Positions 20,734 through 30,980 of a stretch of DNA of 53,792 nucleotides are shown one piece after another (within the stretch, counting starts at the first letter, position 1; each line of letters starts with the position of its first letter). Source of the DNA: Mycobacterium sp. (lineage in GTDB: Bacteria; Actinomycetota; Actinomycetes; Mycobacteriales; Mycobacteriaceae); assembly GCA_035492865.1 (NCBI GenBank), contig DATJIX010000156.1, positions 1 through 53,792 of the forward strand, read 5' to 3'. The translations under genes and the position numbers were made by a program. A model generated the notes under the pieces. It was not told the origin of the DNA. It searched no databases and saw only the letters and a list, made by a program, of their open reading frames with translations.

Positions 20734-23061
20734 TCAGCCGTTAGGCCGGCTGTTGTCCTGGCCTGGATCCTCGTTGGTGCCCGGCGCGGGCGGAGCATCC
20801 TGCACGGGCTGAGCATCCTGCGCGGGCCGCGGATGTCCTGGCTGCGGATAGGGCTGATACGGCGGGTATGGCTGCTGCCAACCAGCGTGATGAGGCGGCG
20901 GGTACCAGTACCCCTGCTGGGGCTGCTGCTGCTGGCCGGGCGGCTGTCCCTGCGGTGGCCAGCCAGGCGCGTGCCAGCCTGCGGGCGCACCGTAGTCGGG
21001 CTGGGTCGGCACGTTGGCGGGAGCTCCGTTGCCGCGGTTGCCATTTGCGCCGTTCTGGTGGGCCTGGCGGGCGGCGGCTTCCTGCGATGCCTGCGCGATC
21101 GCAGCCTTGAACGCCGGCTCGGGCACCGGCTTCGGCCAGGGCTCGCCGCGCTCGATGGCGAGCTCGCCCGGCGTCTTGATCGGCGGCTTGTCCGATGGAA
21201 CACGGCCACCGAAGTCGTCGAACATGGTCAGGCGGGGACGCTTCTTCACGTCGCCGAAGATCGCCGCCAACTCGACGCGGTGCAGCGTCTCCTTCTCCAG
21301 CAGCTCGCCTGCGAGGGTGTCGAGCACGTCGCGGTACTCGGTCAGGATCTCCCACGCCTCGGTGTGTGCCGCCTCGATGAGCTTGCGCACCTCGTCGTCG
21401 ATGATCTGCGCGACCTCGTGGCTGTAGTCGGCCTGAGTGCCCATGGTGCGGCCGAGGAACGGGTCGCCGTGTTCGGTGCCGTACCGCACGGCGCCGAGCT
21501 TGGAGCTCATGCCGTACTCCGTGACCATCGCGCGGGCGATCTTGGTGGCCTGGTCGATATCCGAGGACGCTCCGGTGGTGGGCTCGCGGAACACGAGTTC
21601 CTCGGCGGCGCGTCCGCCCATCGCGAACACCAGCCGCGCGATCATCTCCGAGCGGGTCATCAGGCCCTTGTCGTCTTCGGGCACGGCCATGGCGTGCCCG
21701 CCGGTGCGCCCGCGCGCGAGAATGGTGACCTTGTAAATCGGCTCGATGTCGGGCATGGCCCATGCCGCGAGCGTGTGGCCGCCTTCGTGGTAGGCGGTGA
21801 TCTTCTTCTCGTGCTCGCTGATGATGCGGCTCTTGCGGCGCGGCCCGCCGACAACACGGTCGACCGCCTCCTCGAGCGCCGCACCCGTGATGACGGTGCC
21901 GTTCTCGCGTGCGGTCAGCAGCGCAGCCTCGTTGATGACGTTGGCCAGGTCGGCGCCGGACATGCCGACTGTGCGCTTGGCCAGCCCGTCGAGGTCGGCG
22001 TCGGGTGCGATCGGCTTGCCCTGCGAGTGCACCCGCAGCACCGCGCGCCGGCCCGCGATATCCGGGTTGGACACCGGGATCTGGCGGTCGAAGCGGCCGG
22101 GCCGCAGCAACGCGGGGTCGAGGATGTCTGGGCGGTTGGTGGCGGCGATCAGGATGACGCCCTGGCGGTCGCCGAAGCCGTCCATCTCGACCAGCAGCTG
22201 GTTCAGCGTCTGCTCACGCTCGTCGTGGCCACCGCCCAGACCGGCACCACGCTGGCGGCCGACGGCGTCGATCTCGTCGACGAAGATGATGCAGGGACTG
22301 TTCTGCTTGGCCTGCTCGAACAGGTCGCGCACGCGGGAGGCGCCCACGCCGACGAACATCTCGACGAAGTCCGAACCGGAGATCGTGAAGAACGGGACCC
22401 CGGCCTCACCGGCCACGGCTCGGGCCAGCAGTGTCTTGCCGGTGCCGGGTGGGCCGTAGAGCAGCACGCCCTTGGGGATCTTGGCGCCCAGCGCCTGGTA
22501 GCGCGTCGGGTTCTGCAGGAAGTCCTTGATTTCGTAGAGCTCTTCGACCGCCTCGTCGACGCCTGCCACGTCGGCGAAGGTGGTCTTCGGCATGTCCTTG
22601 GAGAGCTGCTTGGCCCTCGACTTGCCGAAGCCGAAGCCCATCCGGCCACCGGTCTGCATGCGGGAGAACATCACGAACAGCCCGACGAGAAGCAGCAGGG
22701 GAAGCAGGTAGATCAACAGCGAGCCGAGCATGCTGCCCTGGTTCACCACGGTGTTGGTCTGGATGTTCTTGGCAGTCAGCGCGTTGAACAGGTCGACGCC
22801 ATACCCCGTCGGAAACTTGGTGATGACCTTGCCGTTGTTCTCGGTGTCGGCGTTGCCGTTCTTCAGCTCGAGCCGCAGTTGCTGCTCACGGTCGTCGATC
22901 TGCGCGGTCTTGACGTTGTCGCTGTTGACCTGGGCCATCGCCACCGACGTGTCGACGGGTGTGTATCCGTGCGTGTCGTCGCTGAAGTAGAAGAACAACC
23001 AGCCCAGCAACAGCACCACGGCGATCGCCGTGAGCGTGCGAATTACATTTTTCCGGTTCAT
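20734..23061 (-). CDS. ftsH: ATP-dependent zinc metalloprotease FtsH
   Basis: Two TM helices, GPPGTGKT Walker A, DEIDAVG Walker B, HEGGH zinc motif, Pro/Gln-rich tail. Confidence 0.99.
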   Translation of the reverse strand: MNRKNVIRTLTAIAVVLLLGWLFFYFSDDTHGYTPVDTSVAMAQVNSDNVKTAQIDDREQQLRLELKNGNADTENNGKVITKFPTGYGVDLFNALTAKNIQTNTVVNQGSMLGSLLIYLLPLLLLVGLFVMFSRMQTGGRMGFGFGKSRAKQLSKDMPKTTFADVAGVDEAVEELYEIKDFLQNPTRYQALGAKIPKGVLLYGPPGTGKTLLARAVAGEAGVPFFTISGSDFVEMFVGVGASRVRDLFEQAKQNSPCIIFVDEIDAVGRQRGAGLGGGHDEREQTLNQLLVEMDGFGDRQGVILIAATNRPDILDPALLRPGRFDRQIPVSNPDIAGRRAVLRVHSQGKPIAPDADLDGLAKRTVGMSGADLANVINEAALLTARENGTVITGAALEEAVDRVVGGPRRKSRIISEHEKKITAYHEGGHTLAAWAMPDIEPIYKVTILARGRTGGHAMAVPEDDKGLMTRSEMIARLVFAMGGRAAEELVFREPTTGASSDIDQATKIARAMVTEYGMSSKLGAVRYGTEHGDPFLGRTMGTQADYSHEVAQIIDDEVRKLIEAAHTEAWEILTEYRDVLDTLAGELLEKETLHRVELAAIFGDVKKRPRLTMFDDFGGRVPSDKPPIKTPGELAIERGEPWPKPVPEPAFKAAIAQASQEAAARQAHQNGANGNRGNGAPANVPTQPDYGAPAGWHAPGWPPQGQPPGQQQQPQQGYWYPPPHHAGWQQPYPPYQPYPQPGHPRPAQDAQPVQDAPPAPGTNEDPGQDNSRPNG

Positions 23062-23204
23062 CAAGCATCGGCCGACGCCGGCCAGGTCCTCTCAATACGC
23101 GCAGCTGGAACACTCAAGGCTACCGCTACCCCAACGAATCACAGTTCCCGCCGGTTCTCCCGCGCACCCTTTCGGACCGCGTTGCCCTGTGCTTGGCTGT
23201 GGGC

Positions 23205-24101
23205 GTGCTCACATCGACCGAACGGTTAGTTGAGACAAACGGCGTTGTGCTGCGGGTTACCGATGCCGGTGACCGCGATGCGCCAGTGGTCGTACTGGCT
23301 CACGGCTTCCCCGAACTGGCCTACTCATGGCGACACCAGATCCCGGTTCTGGTCGCGGCCGGCTACCGGGTGCTGGCCCCTGATCAACGCGGCTACGGCG
23401 GCTCGGCCCGACCCGAGGCAGTCGAGGACTACGACATCCACGCCCTCACCGGGGACCTCATCGGTCTGCTCGACGACGTCAGCGCACGACAAGCGATCTT
23501 CATCGGCCACGACTGGGGCGCGATGGTCGTGTGGCACACCGCCGTGCTGCACCCGCAGCGCGTGCGGGCGGTAGCGGGCCTGTCCGTTCCGCCCATACCC
23601 CGCGCCAGGTCGCGCCCCACCGAACGCTGGCGACAGAAGTTCGGCGACGACTTCTACATGCTGCGCTTCCAAGAACCCGGCCTCGCCGAGGCCGAAATGG
23701 AAGCCGACGTGGCCGCCACGATGAGCGGAATGTTCGCCGGTCTCTTGACGGGGAGGGCATCGCTGCCGGACTGGATCAGCGCCGACGAATTCGAGCATTA
23801 CGTGTCCGAGTTCAGCAGGACCGGATTCACCGGTGCGCTGAACTGGTACCGCAATTACGACCGCAACTGGGAGTCGACGCCGCAGCTCACCGACGCGAAG
23901 ATCACGGTGCCCGCATTGTTTGTCAGCGGCACCGCCGACCCGGTCGGCCCGACGATGAATCCTGCCCGCGCCCGCGACGTGGCCGCAGGGCCCTACACCG
24001 AACGGTGGATCGAGGGTGCGGGGCACTGGGTGCAGCAGGAGCGTCCCGACGAGGTCAACCAAATTCTGCTGGCATTCCTACGGGAGGTGGAGAAGTCATG
24101 A
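23205..24101 (+). CDS. ephA: Epoxide hydrolase (EphA/Rv3617-like)
   Basis: HGFP, GYGGS, GHDWGA (Asp nucleophile), LNWYRN, GHWVQQE. Start approximate. Confidence 0.88.
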   Translation: MLTSTERLVETNGVVLRVTDAGDRDAPVVVLAHGFPELAYSWRHQIPVLVAAGYRVLAPDQRGYGGSARPEAVEDYDIHALTGDLIGLLDDVSARQAIFIGHDWGAMVVWHTAVLHPQRVRAVAGLSVPPIPRARSRPTERWRQKFGDDFYMLRFQEPGLAEAEMEADVAATMSGMFAGLLTGRASLPDWISADEFEHYVSEFSRTGFTGALNWYRNYDRNWESTPQLTDAKITVPALFVSGTADPVGPTMNPARARDVAAGPYTERWIEGAGHWVQQERPDEVNQILLAFLREVEKS

Positions 24102-25309
24102 CGGGCAGACCGATGAACTTCGGGGTCTTCATCACGCCGTTCCATCCGGTCGGCCAATCCCCCACCGTCGCACTGGAATACGACCTCGATCGGACGGTGG
24201 CACTGGACAAGCTCGGGTACGACGAGGTGTGGTTCGGCGAACACCATTCTGGTGGCTACGAACTCATCGCCTGCCCCGAGGTGTTCATCGCCGCGGCCGC
24301 CGAACGCACCAAGCACATCCGGCTGGGCACCGGCGTGGTGTCGCTGCCGTACCACCACCCACTCATGGTCGCCGACCGCTGGGTGCTGCTCGATCACCTC
24401 ACCCGCGGCCGGGTGATCTTCGGCACCGGACCGGGCGCGCTGCCGTCGGACGCGTACATGATGGGCATCGACCCGGTCGAGCAGCGGCGGATGATGCAGG
24501 AGTCGCTAGACGCGATTCTTGCGTTGTTCCGAGCGGCGCCCGACGAGCGGATCAGCAGGCACTCCGACTGGTTCACACTGCGCGACGCCCAGCTGCATAT
24601 CCGGCCGTACACCTGGCCGTATCCCGAAATATCCACGGCGGCAATGATTTCCCCGTCAGGACCGCGACTGGCCGGTGCGCTTGGCACGTCGCTGCTTTCG
24701 CTGTCGATGTCGGTGCCCGGCGGGTATGCCGCACTGGAGAACACCTGGCAGCTGGTCATCGACCAGGCCGAGAAGTCCGGGCGCGACGAGCCCGACCGCG
24801 CTGATTGGCGGGTGCTGGCCATCATGCATCTGGCCGACAACAAGGACCAGGCGATCGATGACTGCACGTACGGGCTGCAGGACTTCGCGAACTACTTCGG
24901 CGCGGCAGGATTCGTACCGCTGTCGAATTCCGTTGAGGGGACGCAGTCGCCACGCGAATTCGTCGCGGAGTATGCGGGGATGGGCAACTGCTGCATCGGT
25001 ACCCCCGGCGAGGCGGTCACCTACATCCAGGATCTGCTCGACAAGTCCGGCGGCTTCGGCACCCTGCTGCTGCTTGGTCACGACTGGGCGTCACCCGCGG
25101 CGACCTACCACTCATACGAACTGTTCGCGCGCGAGGTGATGCCGCACTTCAAGGGCCAACTGGTAGCGCCGCGCGCGTCACACGACTGGGCAAAGGGCAT
25201 GCGCGACAAGCTGCTAGGCCGCGCAGGCGAGGCCATCGTCAAGGCGATCAACGAGCACACCGACGAGCTCAAGTTGGAGGCCGAACAGGCAGAGGGGCAG
25301 GAAACCTGA
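24098..25309 (+). CDS. LLM-class flavin-dependent monooxygenase (Rv3618-like, limonene monooxygenase-like)
   Basis: FGVFITPFH, WFGEHHSGG, IRLGTGVVSLPYHHP, GPGALPSD; ATGA overlap with ephA. Confidence 0.9.
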   Translation: MTGRPMNFGVFITPFHPVGQSPTVALEYDLDRTVALDKLGYDEVWFGEHHSGGYELIACPEVFIAAAAERTKHIRLGTGVVSLPYHHPLMVADRWVLLDHLTRGRVIFGTGPGALPSDAYMMGIDPVEQRRMMQESLDAILALFRAAPDERISRHSDWFTLRDAQLHIRPYTWPYPEISTAAMISPSGPRLAGALGTSLLSLSMSVPGGYAALENTWQLVIDQAEKSGRDEPDRADWRVLAIMHLADNKDQAIDDCTYGLQDFANYFGAAGFVPLSNSVEGTQSPREFVAEYAGMGNCCIGTPGEAVTYIQDLLDKSGGFGTLLLLGHDWASPAATYHSYELFAREVMPHFKGQLVAPRASHDWAKGMRDKLLGRAGEAIVKAINEHTDELKLEAEQAEGQET

Positions 25310-26325
25310 TGCGCGCTTCCGTCCTTCGCAACGGCCGCATGGTGCTGCGCGACGATGTGGCCGAGCCGACACCAGGGCCCGGACAGGTGCTGGTCGGTGT
25401 GAAGGCGTGCGGAATCTGCGGCTCCGACCTGCATTTCGCCAAGCACGGTGCCGACATCCTCGAGTTGAACAACCAGATCGGCGGCTTCGGCGGCGGGATG
25501 ATGCAGATCGACCTGAACCACGACGTGTTCATGGGTCACGAGTTCAGTGCCGAGGTGCTCGAAGCTGGGCCCGACACCGAAGCCCCGCCGCCAGGCACGC
25601 TCGTCACGTCGCTGCCGGTGCTGGTTTCCGCGACAGGTGTGGAACCGATCGTGTACTCCAACAAGACGATCGGCGGTTACGCCGAGCGGATGTTGTTGTC
25701 GGCACCGCTGCTGACGCCGATCCCCAACGGGCTGGATCCGCGGCACGCGGCCCTGACCGAGCCGATGGCCGTTGGACTGCATGCGGTCAACAAGTCGGCC
25801 ATCGAGCAGGGCGAAGCCGCACTGGTGCTGGGCTGCGGACCGATCGGCATCGCAATCATCGCCGGTCTGCGCCACCGTGGCGTGGAAACCATTGTGGCGG
25901 CTGACTTTTCGGCACGACGACGTCAGTTGGCGGAGGCGATGGGCGCCACCGCAACCGTCGACCCCGCCGACGGGTCGCCGTTCGACGGCGCCGCACCGGC
26001 TGTGGTCTTCGAGGCGGTCGGGGTGCCGGGCATCATCGATGACATTCTGCGCCGCGCGCCGGTCGGCGCCCGCGTCGTCGTCGCAGGCGTGTGCATGCAG
26101 GCCGACACGTTCCATCCGTACTTCGCGATCGCCAAGCAGATCAACGTGCAGTTCGTGTTGGCCTACGACCCGACCGAGTTCACCGACTGCCTGCGCGCGA
26201 TCGCAGAGGGCGAAATCGATGTGGCACCGATGGTGACCGGTGAGGTCGGGCTGAGCGGCGTGGGCACCGCATTTGAAGACCTGGCCCATCCCGATGCGCA
26301 CTGCAAGATCCTGGTGACTCCCTGA
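25309..26325 (+). CDS. Zinc-binding alcohol dehydrogenase (MDR family)
   Basis: CGICGSDLH, GHEF, TEPMAVG, GCGPIG; start overlaps the monooxygenase stop. Confidence 0.9.
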   Translation: MRASVLRNGRMVLRDDVAEPTPGPGQVLVGVKACGICGSDLHFAKHGADILELNNQIGGFGGGMMQIDLNHDVFMGHEFSAEVLEAGPDTEAPPPGTLVTSLPVLVSATGVEPIVYSNKTIGGYAERMLLSAPLLTPIPNGLDPRHAALTEPMAVGLHAVNKSAIEQGEAALVLGCGPIGIAIIAGLRHRGVETIVAADFSARRRQLAEAMGATATVDPADGSPFDGAAPAVVFEAVGVPGIIDDILRRAPVGARVVVAGVCMQADTFHPYFAIAKQINVQFVLAYDPTEFTDCLRAIAEGEIDVAPMVTGEVGLSGVGTAFEDLAHPDAHCKILVTP

Positions 26326-26341
26326 AGGTAGGGTGCCAGGC

Positions 26342-27088
26342 ATGGCAGGCGCAGCGAGAGCGAAGTTGTCCACCCGTTTCGTCATGCTGGCCGCGGCGGG
26401 GCTTGTCGCAGTTGGGCTCTCGGCCTGCGACTCGCAGTCGGGGCCCACGACGGGCACGCCCGACAAAGACACCCGTCAGGTCACGGTCGTGGGCGCCGGC
26501 GAGGTGCAGGGCACTCCGGACACGCTGACCGTCAACGCCTCTATCGAGTTCGTCGCGCCCGATGTCAGCAGTGCGATGAACCAGACCAGCGATCGTCAGA
26601 AGGCGGTCATCGACGCCCTGGTGGGCTCCGGCATCGACCGCAAGGACATCAGCACGACGCAGGTGAGCCTGCAGCCGCAGTTCGCGGGCGGCGACAGCAC
26701 CACGATCATCGGCTACCGGGCCAGCAATTCGATCGACGTGAAGATCCGCAAGCTGGACGCCGCATCGCAGACACTGGCGTTGATCGTCAGCACCGGCGGC
26801 GACGCCACCCGGATCAATACCGTGAATTATTCGATCGAGGACGACTCGCAACTGGTGAAGGATGCCAGGGCGCGGGCGTTCAACGACGCGAAGGACCGCG
26901 CGCAGCAGTACGCGCAGCTGTCCGGGCTCGATCTCGGCAAGGTCATCTCGATCACCGAGTCGGGCGGGGCCACCCCACCGCCGCCCCCCATGCCGTATTC
27001 ACGCGGTGCGGAGATGGCGGCCGTCCCGGTGGAGCCCGGCCAGCAGACCGTCGGCTTCAGCGTGACGGTGATCTTCGAGCTCACCTGA
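26342..27088 (+). CDS. lpqG: SIMPL (DUF541) domain lipoprotein LpqG
   Basis: Lipobox LSAC, VTVVGAGEVQGTPD, AFNDAKDRAQQYA, PVEPGQQTV. Confidence 0.85.
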   Translation: MAGAARAKLSTRFVMLAAAGLVAVGLSACDSQSGPTTGTPDKDTRQVTVVGAGEVQGTPDTLTVNASIEFVAPDVSSAMNQTSDRQKAVIDALVGSGIDRKDISTTQVSLQPQFAGGDSTTIIGYRASNSIDVKIRKLDAASQTLALIVSTGGDATRINTVNYSIEDDSQLVKDARARAFNDAKDRAQQYAQLSGLDLGKVISITESGGATPPPPPMPYSRGAEMAAVPVEPGQQTVGFSVTVIFELT

Positions 27089-27091
27089 TTT

Positions 27092-27154
27092 CGCCGAAAT
27101 AGGATTCCGGGTCGTTAATCCGCGGATTCAACGACCCGGAATCCTATTTCGGCG
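27092..27154. repeat. Long perfect inverted repeat (REP-like element or bidirectional terminator)
   Basis: 25-bp perfect arms CGCCGAAATAGGATTCCGGGTCGTT / AACGACCCGGAATCCTATTTCGGCG around a self-palindromic AATCCGCGGATT plus one extra C, between convergent genes. Confidence 0.85.
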
Positions 27155-27161
27155 CAGAGGT

Positions 27162-29390
27162 CTAGCCGGCGGGCGCGATGTCGACCGGGATGCCGTTGAG
27201 CACCGCGGTGCCCGACAATGCGTCCAGCAGACCCCCGTCGTTGAGCTGGTTGACATTGACGCCGGGTTGGTCCGCGGCGACGCCCTGCCGGGTGCCACCG
27301 CGGTCGTGACCCCAGCCGTGCGGCAGCGACACGACGCCGCGGCGCATGCCCGGCTCCAGCTCGACCGGCGCCACCAAATCCCCACCGGGACCCTTGATCG
27401 ACGCGTTGTCGGTGAGCCCGAGCTCGGCGGCGTCATCCGGGTGGATCTTGAGCGTGCAGCGGTTCGTGCCGCCCGCGAGCGCAGGCAGATTGTGCATCCA
27501 GCTGTTGTTGGACCGCAGATGCCTGCGACCGATCAACACAAAGCCGTCGTCGCGGCGGGCGAGTGAATCCTGAAGCCGCGCAACGTCGGCGATCAGCGCC
27601 TCCGGCGCCAGTTCGATTCGGCCAGAACGTGTTTTGAGCACCTCGGGAACGCGGGGCTGCAGCGGGCCGAAGTCGATACCGTGCGGCGACGCCTTGAGCC
27701 GCTCCAGCGTCAGACCCTCAGGCTTGGCGCCGAACGCATCGCCGTAGGGCCCGAGCCGCAGCATCATGTCGAGTCGGCGTTCGTAACCAGGGCCGTCGAT
27801 GAGCATCGCGGTGAGTTCGTCGACGGCGCGCCCGGCAACCGGTGAACTGGGGTCCGCGGTCTCTTTTTCCAGCGTCGTCGCGATCACCTGCGCGTCGACC
27901 AATGCCGGATCACCGTCGTGACCGAGGCCGTAGAGGATCAGCGCGAGCCGCGACAGAATCTCCGGTTCGTCTGGCCTGCCGTCCAGCGGCAGCGCGGGCG
28001 GCGAATACCGCGCGTTGTTGCGCACCGCCAAGTTGTTCAGTGCGAAATCGAAATGGCCGGTCTGCGACGGGGGCGGCGGCGGCAGGATGACGTCGGCATG
28101 GCGCGTCGTCTCGTTGAGGTATGGGTCGATGCTGAGCATGAACTCCACGGTGTCCAACGCGCGGTCCAGGCGGTCGCCGTCGGGTGCGGACAGCACCGGG
28201 TTTCCCGCGATTGTGATCATCGCCTTGATCTGGCCATCGCCCGCAGTGTCGATTTCCTCGGCGAGCGCGGCAGCGGGCAGTTCCGACAACGCCTCGGGAT
28301 AGCCCGAGACACGGCTGTGCCAGCGCCCTGTGGCGAAACCCTTGCCGGGTCCCGCGGGTCGTGGTGCCGGCAGCGCCGCTCCCAGCGGGAACATCGCCCC
28401 GCCCGGACGGTCGAGATTTCCGGTCAGGATGTTGACGACATCGACCAACCAGCTGCCGATCGTGCCGAATTCCACTGTGGAGGTACCGATTCGGCCGTAC
28501 ACGGCGGCCGACGGGGCAGCGGCGAGCTCGCGGGCCAGCGCACGGATCTCGTCGGCGGGCACCCCGCAGTGGGCAGCAACGGCCTCAGGCGAGAACCCGT
28601 CGGCCAGTTCGCGTAGGTCGTCGAGACCGGCGACGTGTTCGGCCACGCCGCCGAGATCCGTTGCGACAAGGCCCTCTTCGAACAGCGTGTGCACGACGCC
28701 GAACAGCAGTGCGGCATCGGTGCCGGGGCGCGGGGCGATGTGACGATCGGCCAGCTCCGCGGTGCGGGTGCGGGCCGGGTCGATCACGGTGAGCCTGCCG
28801 CCACGCTTGCGCAGGGCGCGCAGCTTGCCGGGGAAGTCGGCAGCGGTGGCCAAACTTCCGTTGGACACAAGGGGATTCGCGCCGATGATGACCAAATAGT
28901 CGGTGCGGTCGAGATCGGGCACGGTGAAGGCGATGGGGCTGCCGAACAGATAGCCCAACGCGACGTGTTTGGGCATCTGGTCCAGCGTGCTCGCGCTGTA
29001 CATGTGACGAGTGCGCAGCGCACGGATGATCAGCGGGGCGTACAGGCTGCCCGCGATGTTGTGGGCGTTCGGGTTGCCGAGGTACACCCCGACCGACCCC
29101 CCGCCGTGGTCGCGGATGACTCCGCCGAGCCGTTCGGCGATGACGGCGTAGGCCTCGTCCCAGGTGGCTTCGGTCAGCTCGCCGTCGCGGCGAACCAGCG
29201 GAGTGGTCAACCGGTCGGGGTCGTTGTCGAGCTCGGCGAAGCTGGCGCCCTTAGGGCAGATGAAGCCGTGGCTGAAGACGTCCTCGCGGTCGCCACGGGC
29301 GCCGGTCACGCGGCCGTCAGCGATGGTCAAGGTCAGGCCGCAGGTGGCCTCGCACAGCGGGCAGATCCGGAGGGCTGTCTCGGCGGTCAT
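27162..29390 (-). CDS. Molybdopterin (bis-MGD) oxidoreductase with N-terminal 4Fe-4S cluster
   Basis: CPLCEATCG...ICPKG, GANPLVSNGS, GNPVLS, NSWMHN, LPHGWGH; start 29390 or 29399. Confidence 0.92.
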   Translation of the reverse strand: MTAETALRICPLCEATCGLTLTIADGRVTGARGDREDVFSHGFICPKGASFAELDNDPDRLTTPLVRRDGELTEATWDEAYAVIAERLGGVIRDHGGGSVGVYLGNPNAHNIAGSLYAPLIIRALRTRHMYSASTLDQMPKHVALGYLFGSPIAFTVPDLDRTDYLVIIGANPLVSNGSLATAADFPGKLRALRKRGGRLTVIDPARTRTAELADRHIAPRPGTDAALLFGVVHTLFEEGLVATDLGGVAEHVAGLDDLRELADGFSPEAVAAHCGVPADEIRALARELAAAPSAAVYGRIGTSTVEFGTIGSWLVDVVNILTGNLDRPGGAMFPLGAALPAPRPAGPGKGFATGRWHSRVSGYPEALSELPAAALAEEIDTAGDGQIKAMITIAGNPVLSAPDGDRLDRALDTVEFMLSIDPYLNETTRHADVILPPPPPSQTGHFDFALNNLAVRNNARYSPPALPLDGRPDEPEILSRLALILYGLGHDGDPALVDAQVIATTLEKETADPSSPVAGRAVDELTAMLIDGPGYERRLDMMLRLGPYGDAFGAKPEGLTLERLKASPHGIDFGPLQPRVPEVLKTRSGRIELAPEALIADVARLQDSLARRDDGFVLIGRRHLRSNNSWMHNLPALAGGTNRCTLKIHPDDAAELGLTDNASIKGPGGDLVAPVELEPGMRRGVVSLPHGWGHDRGGTRQGVAADQPGVNVNQLNDGGLLDALSGTAVLNGIPVDIAPAG

Positions 29391-29409
29391 GACCCTCATC
29401 TTGCGCCGA

Positions 29410-30000
29410 CTACTCCTCCTCGTACACCTTGGGGTCCAGCGTGCCGATGTAGGGCAGATCGCGGTAGCGCTCGGCGTAGTCGAGGCCATAGCCGACGACG
29501 AACTCGTTGGGGATGTCGAAGCCGACGTACGCGATTTCGACGTTGGCCCGCGCGGCGTCGGGTTTGCGCAGCAGCGTGCACACCCGAAGCGACCGTGGAT
29601 GCCGAGTCGCCAGGTTTCTCAACAGCCAGGACAGCGTGAGTCCGGAGTCGACGACGTCCTCGACGATCAGGACGTCACGTTCGTTGATGTCACGGTCGAG
29701 GTCCTTGAGGATGCGCACCACACCCGACGACGACGTCGACGAGCCGTACGAACTGACCGCCATGAACTCCAGCTGGGTGGGCACCGGAATCGCCCGTGCG
29801 AGATCGGTGACGAAGAACACCGCACCCTTGAGCACTGTGATCAGAAGCAGGTCCTGGGAGTTCTCGGCGATCGCGTCGCGATAGTCCGCGCCGAGCTGTG
29901 CACCGAGCTCGGCGACCTTGGCCTGGATCGCTTCCGATGACAGCAACACCGACTTGATGTCGCCGGGGTAGAGCTCCGCGGGTTGCTCAGCCACGTCCAC
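29410..30000 (-). CDS. hpt: Hypoxanthine phosphoribosyltransferase
   Basis: [27 protein letters not shown] motif, FVVGYGLDY. Start between 29994 and 30012. Confidence 0.97.
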   Translation of the reverse strand: MDVAEQPAELYPGDIKSVLLSSEAIQAKVAELGAQLGADYRDAIAENSQDLLLITVLKGAVFFVTDLARAIPVPTQLEFMAVSSYGSSTSSSGVVRILKDLDRDINERDVLIVEDVVDSGLTLSWLLRNLATRHPRSLRVCTLLRKPDAARANVEIAYVGFDIPNEFVVGYGLDYAERYRDLPYIGTLDPKVYEEE

Positions 30001-30014
30001 AGCGTGCCACATCC

Positions 30015-30980
30015 TCAGACCGGCTCGGTGTGCAGCGTCAGCATCCCGTCGCGGCGACCCGCGATCAGACGTTGGCTGCGCAGCGGCGATCCGACGGCCA
30101 CGCCACCCTGACCGCGCCAAGCGGTGACCAAGGTGTCGACGCCGCGGATCTGTTTGTCGGTCAGCCCGCTGGCACCGCCGGCAAGCAGCCAGCCACGAAT
30201 CACCCTGCGTCGGATCGCCTCCGGCAGTGCCACCAGCCGGGCGGCGTCGAGCACACCGCCGCCACCACCTGCCTCGGCCAGAGCCCGATGGGCCAGTTCG
30301 TCGAGAGTCTCGGTGTCCTCGCGCAGCGCGGTCGCCGTGCGTGCCAGCGCCTCGGCGACCCCGCCGCCGAGCACATCCTCCAGCAGCGGCAGCACCTCGG
30401 TGCGCAGCCGCGTCCGAGTGAACCGCTTGTCGAGGTTGTGCGGGTCCTGCCACGGCGTGAGCTCCAGCTCGGCGCACGCGGCGTGGGTGAGCGCGCGGCG
30501 GACGCCGAGCAGAGGGCGATACCACGGCGGGTCACACGGCCGCATGCCCGCGATCGACCGGGCGCCCGAGCCGCGGCCCAGCCCGAGCAGCACGGTCTCG
30601 GCCTGATCGTCGAGGGTGTGCGCAAGCAGCACCGGAGCACCGTCGCGGGCGTCGTCCAGCGCGCGGTACCGTGCGGTGCGCGCGGCCGCCTCCGGCCCGC
30701 CCGCCGTGCCGACCTCAACGCAAAGCACTTGGGCCTCAATGCATCCCACCGACAGCGCCTGTTCCCGCGCGGTCGCCGCGACCAGGTCGGAGCCGGGTTG
30801 CAGTCGGTGGTCGACGATCAGCGCGGTGGTCGGCCGTGCCGCGGCCGCGACAGCCGTGAGCGCGAGCGAATCCGCACCGCCGGACAGTGCGACACACCAG
30901 CGGTCGTCGGTTGCGGCGTGCTCGCTGGCGAACGCGGCGAGCGCGGCCTTGAGCGCCGCTACAGCACCCTGTCGATCCAT
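30015..30980 (-). CDS. tilS: tRNA(Ile)-lysidine synthase
   Basis: SGGADS PP-loop, [27 protein letters not shown]. Confidence 0.96.
   Translation of the reverse strand: MDRQGAVAALKAALAAFASEHAATDDRWCVALSGGADSLALTAVAAAARPTTALIVDHRLQPGSDLVAATAREQALSVGCIEAQVLCVEVGTAGGPEAAARTARYRALDDARDGAPVLLAHTLDDQAETVLLGLGRGSGARSIAGMRPCDPPWYRPLLGVRRALTHAACAELELTPWQDPHNLDKRFTRTRLRTEVLPLLEDVLGGGVAEALARTATALREDTETLDELAHRALAEAGGGGGVLDAARLVALPEAIRRRVIRGWLLAGGASGLTDKQIRGVDTLVTAWRGQGGVAVGSPLRSQRLIAGRRDGMLTLHTEPV

Noticed and set aside
20230-23229. 999-aa + strand ORF
   Set aside because: Codon-aligned antisense shadow of ftsH (extending into folE), expected from high GC3 bias; no recognisable motifs.
23531-24097. Apparent N-terminal fusion on the LLM monooxygenase (592-aa ORF)
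   Set aside because: The upstream part is an alternate frame of ephA; the true start is ATG 24098 with SD GGAGG/GGAG.
27092-27154. Inverted repeat as IS ends or a CRISPR repeat
   Set aside because: Single copy in this window, no transposase or cas genes, no clear target-site duplication; kept only as a REP-like palindrome.
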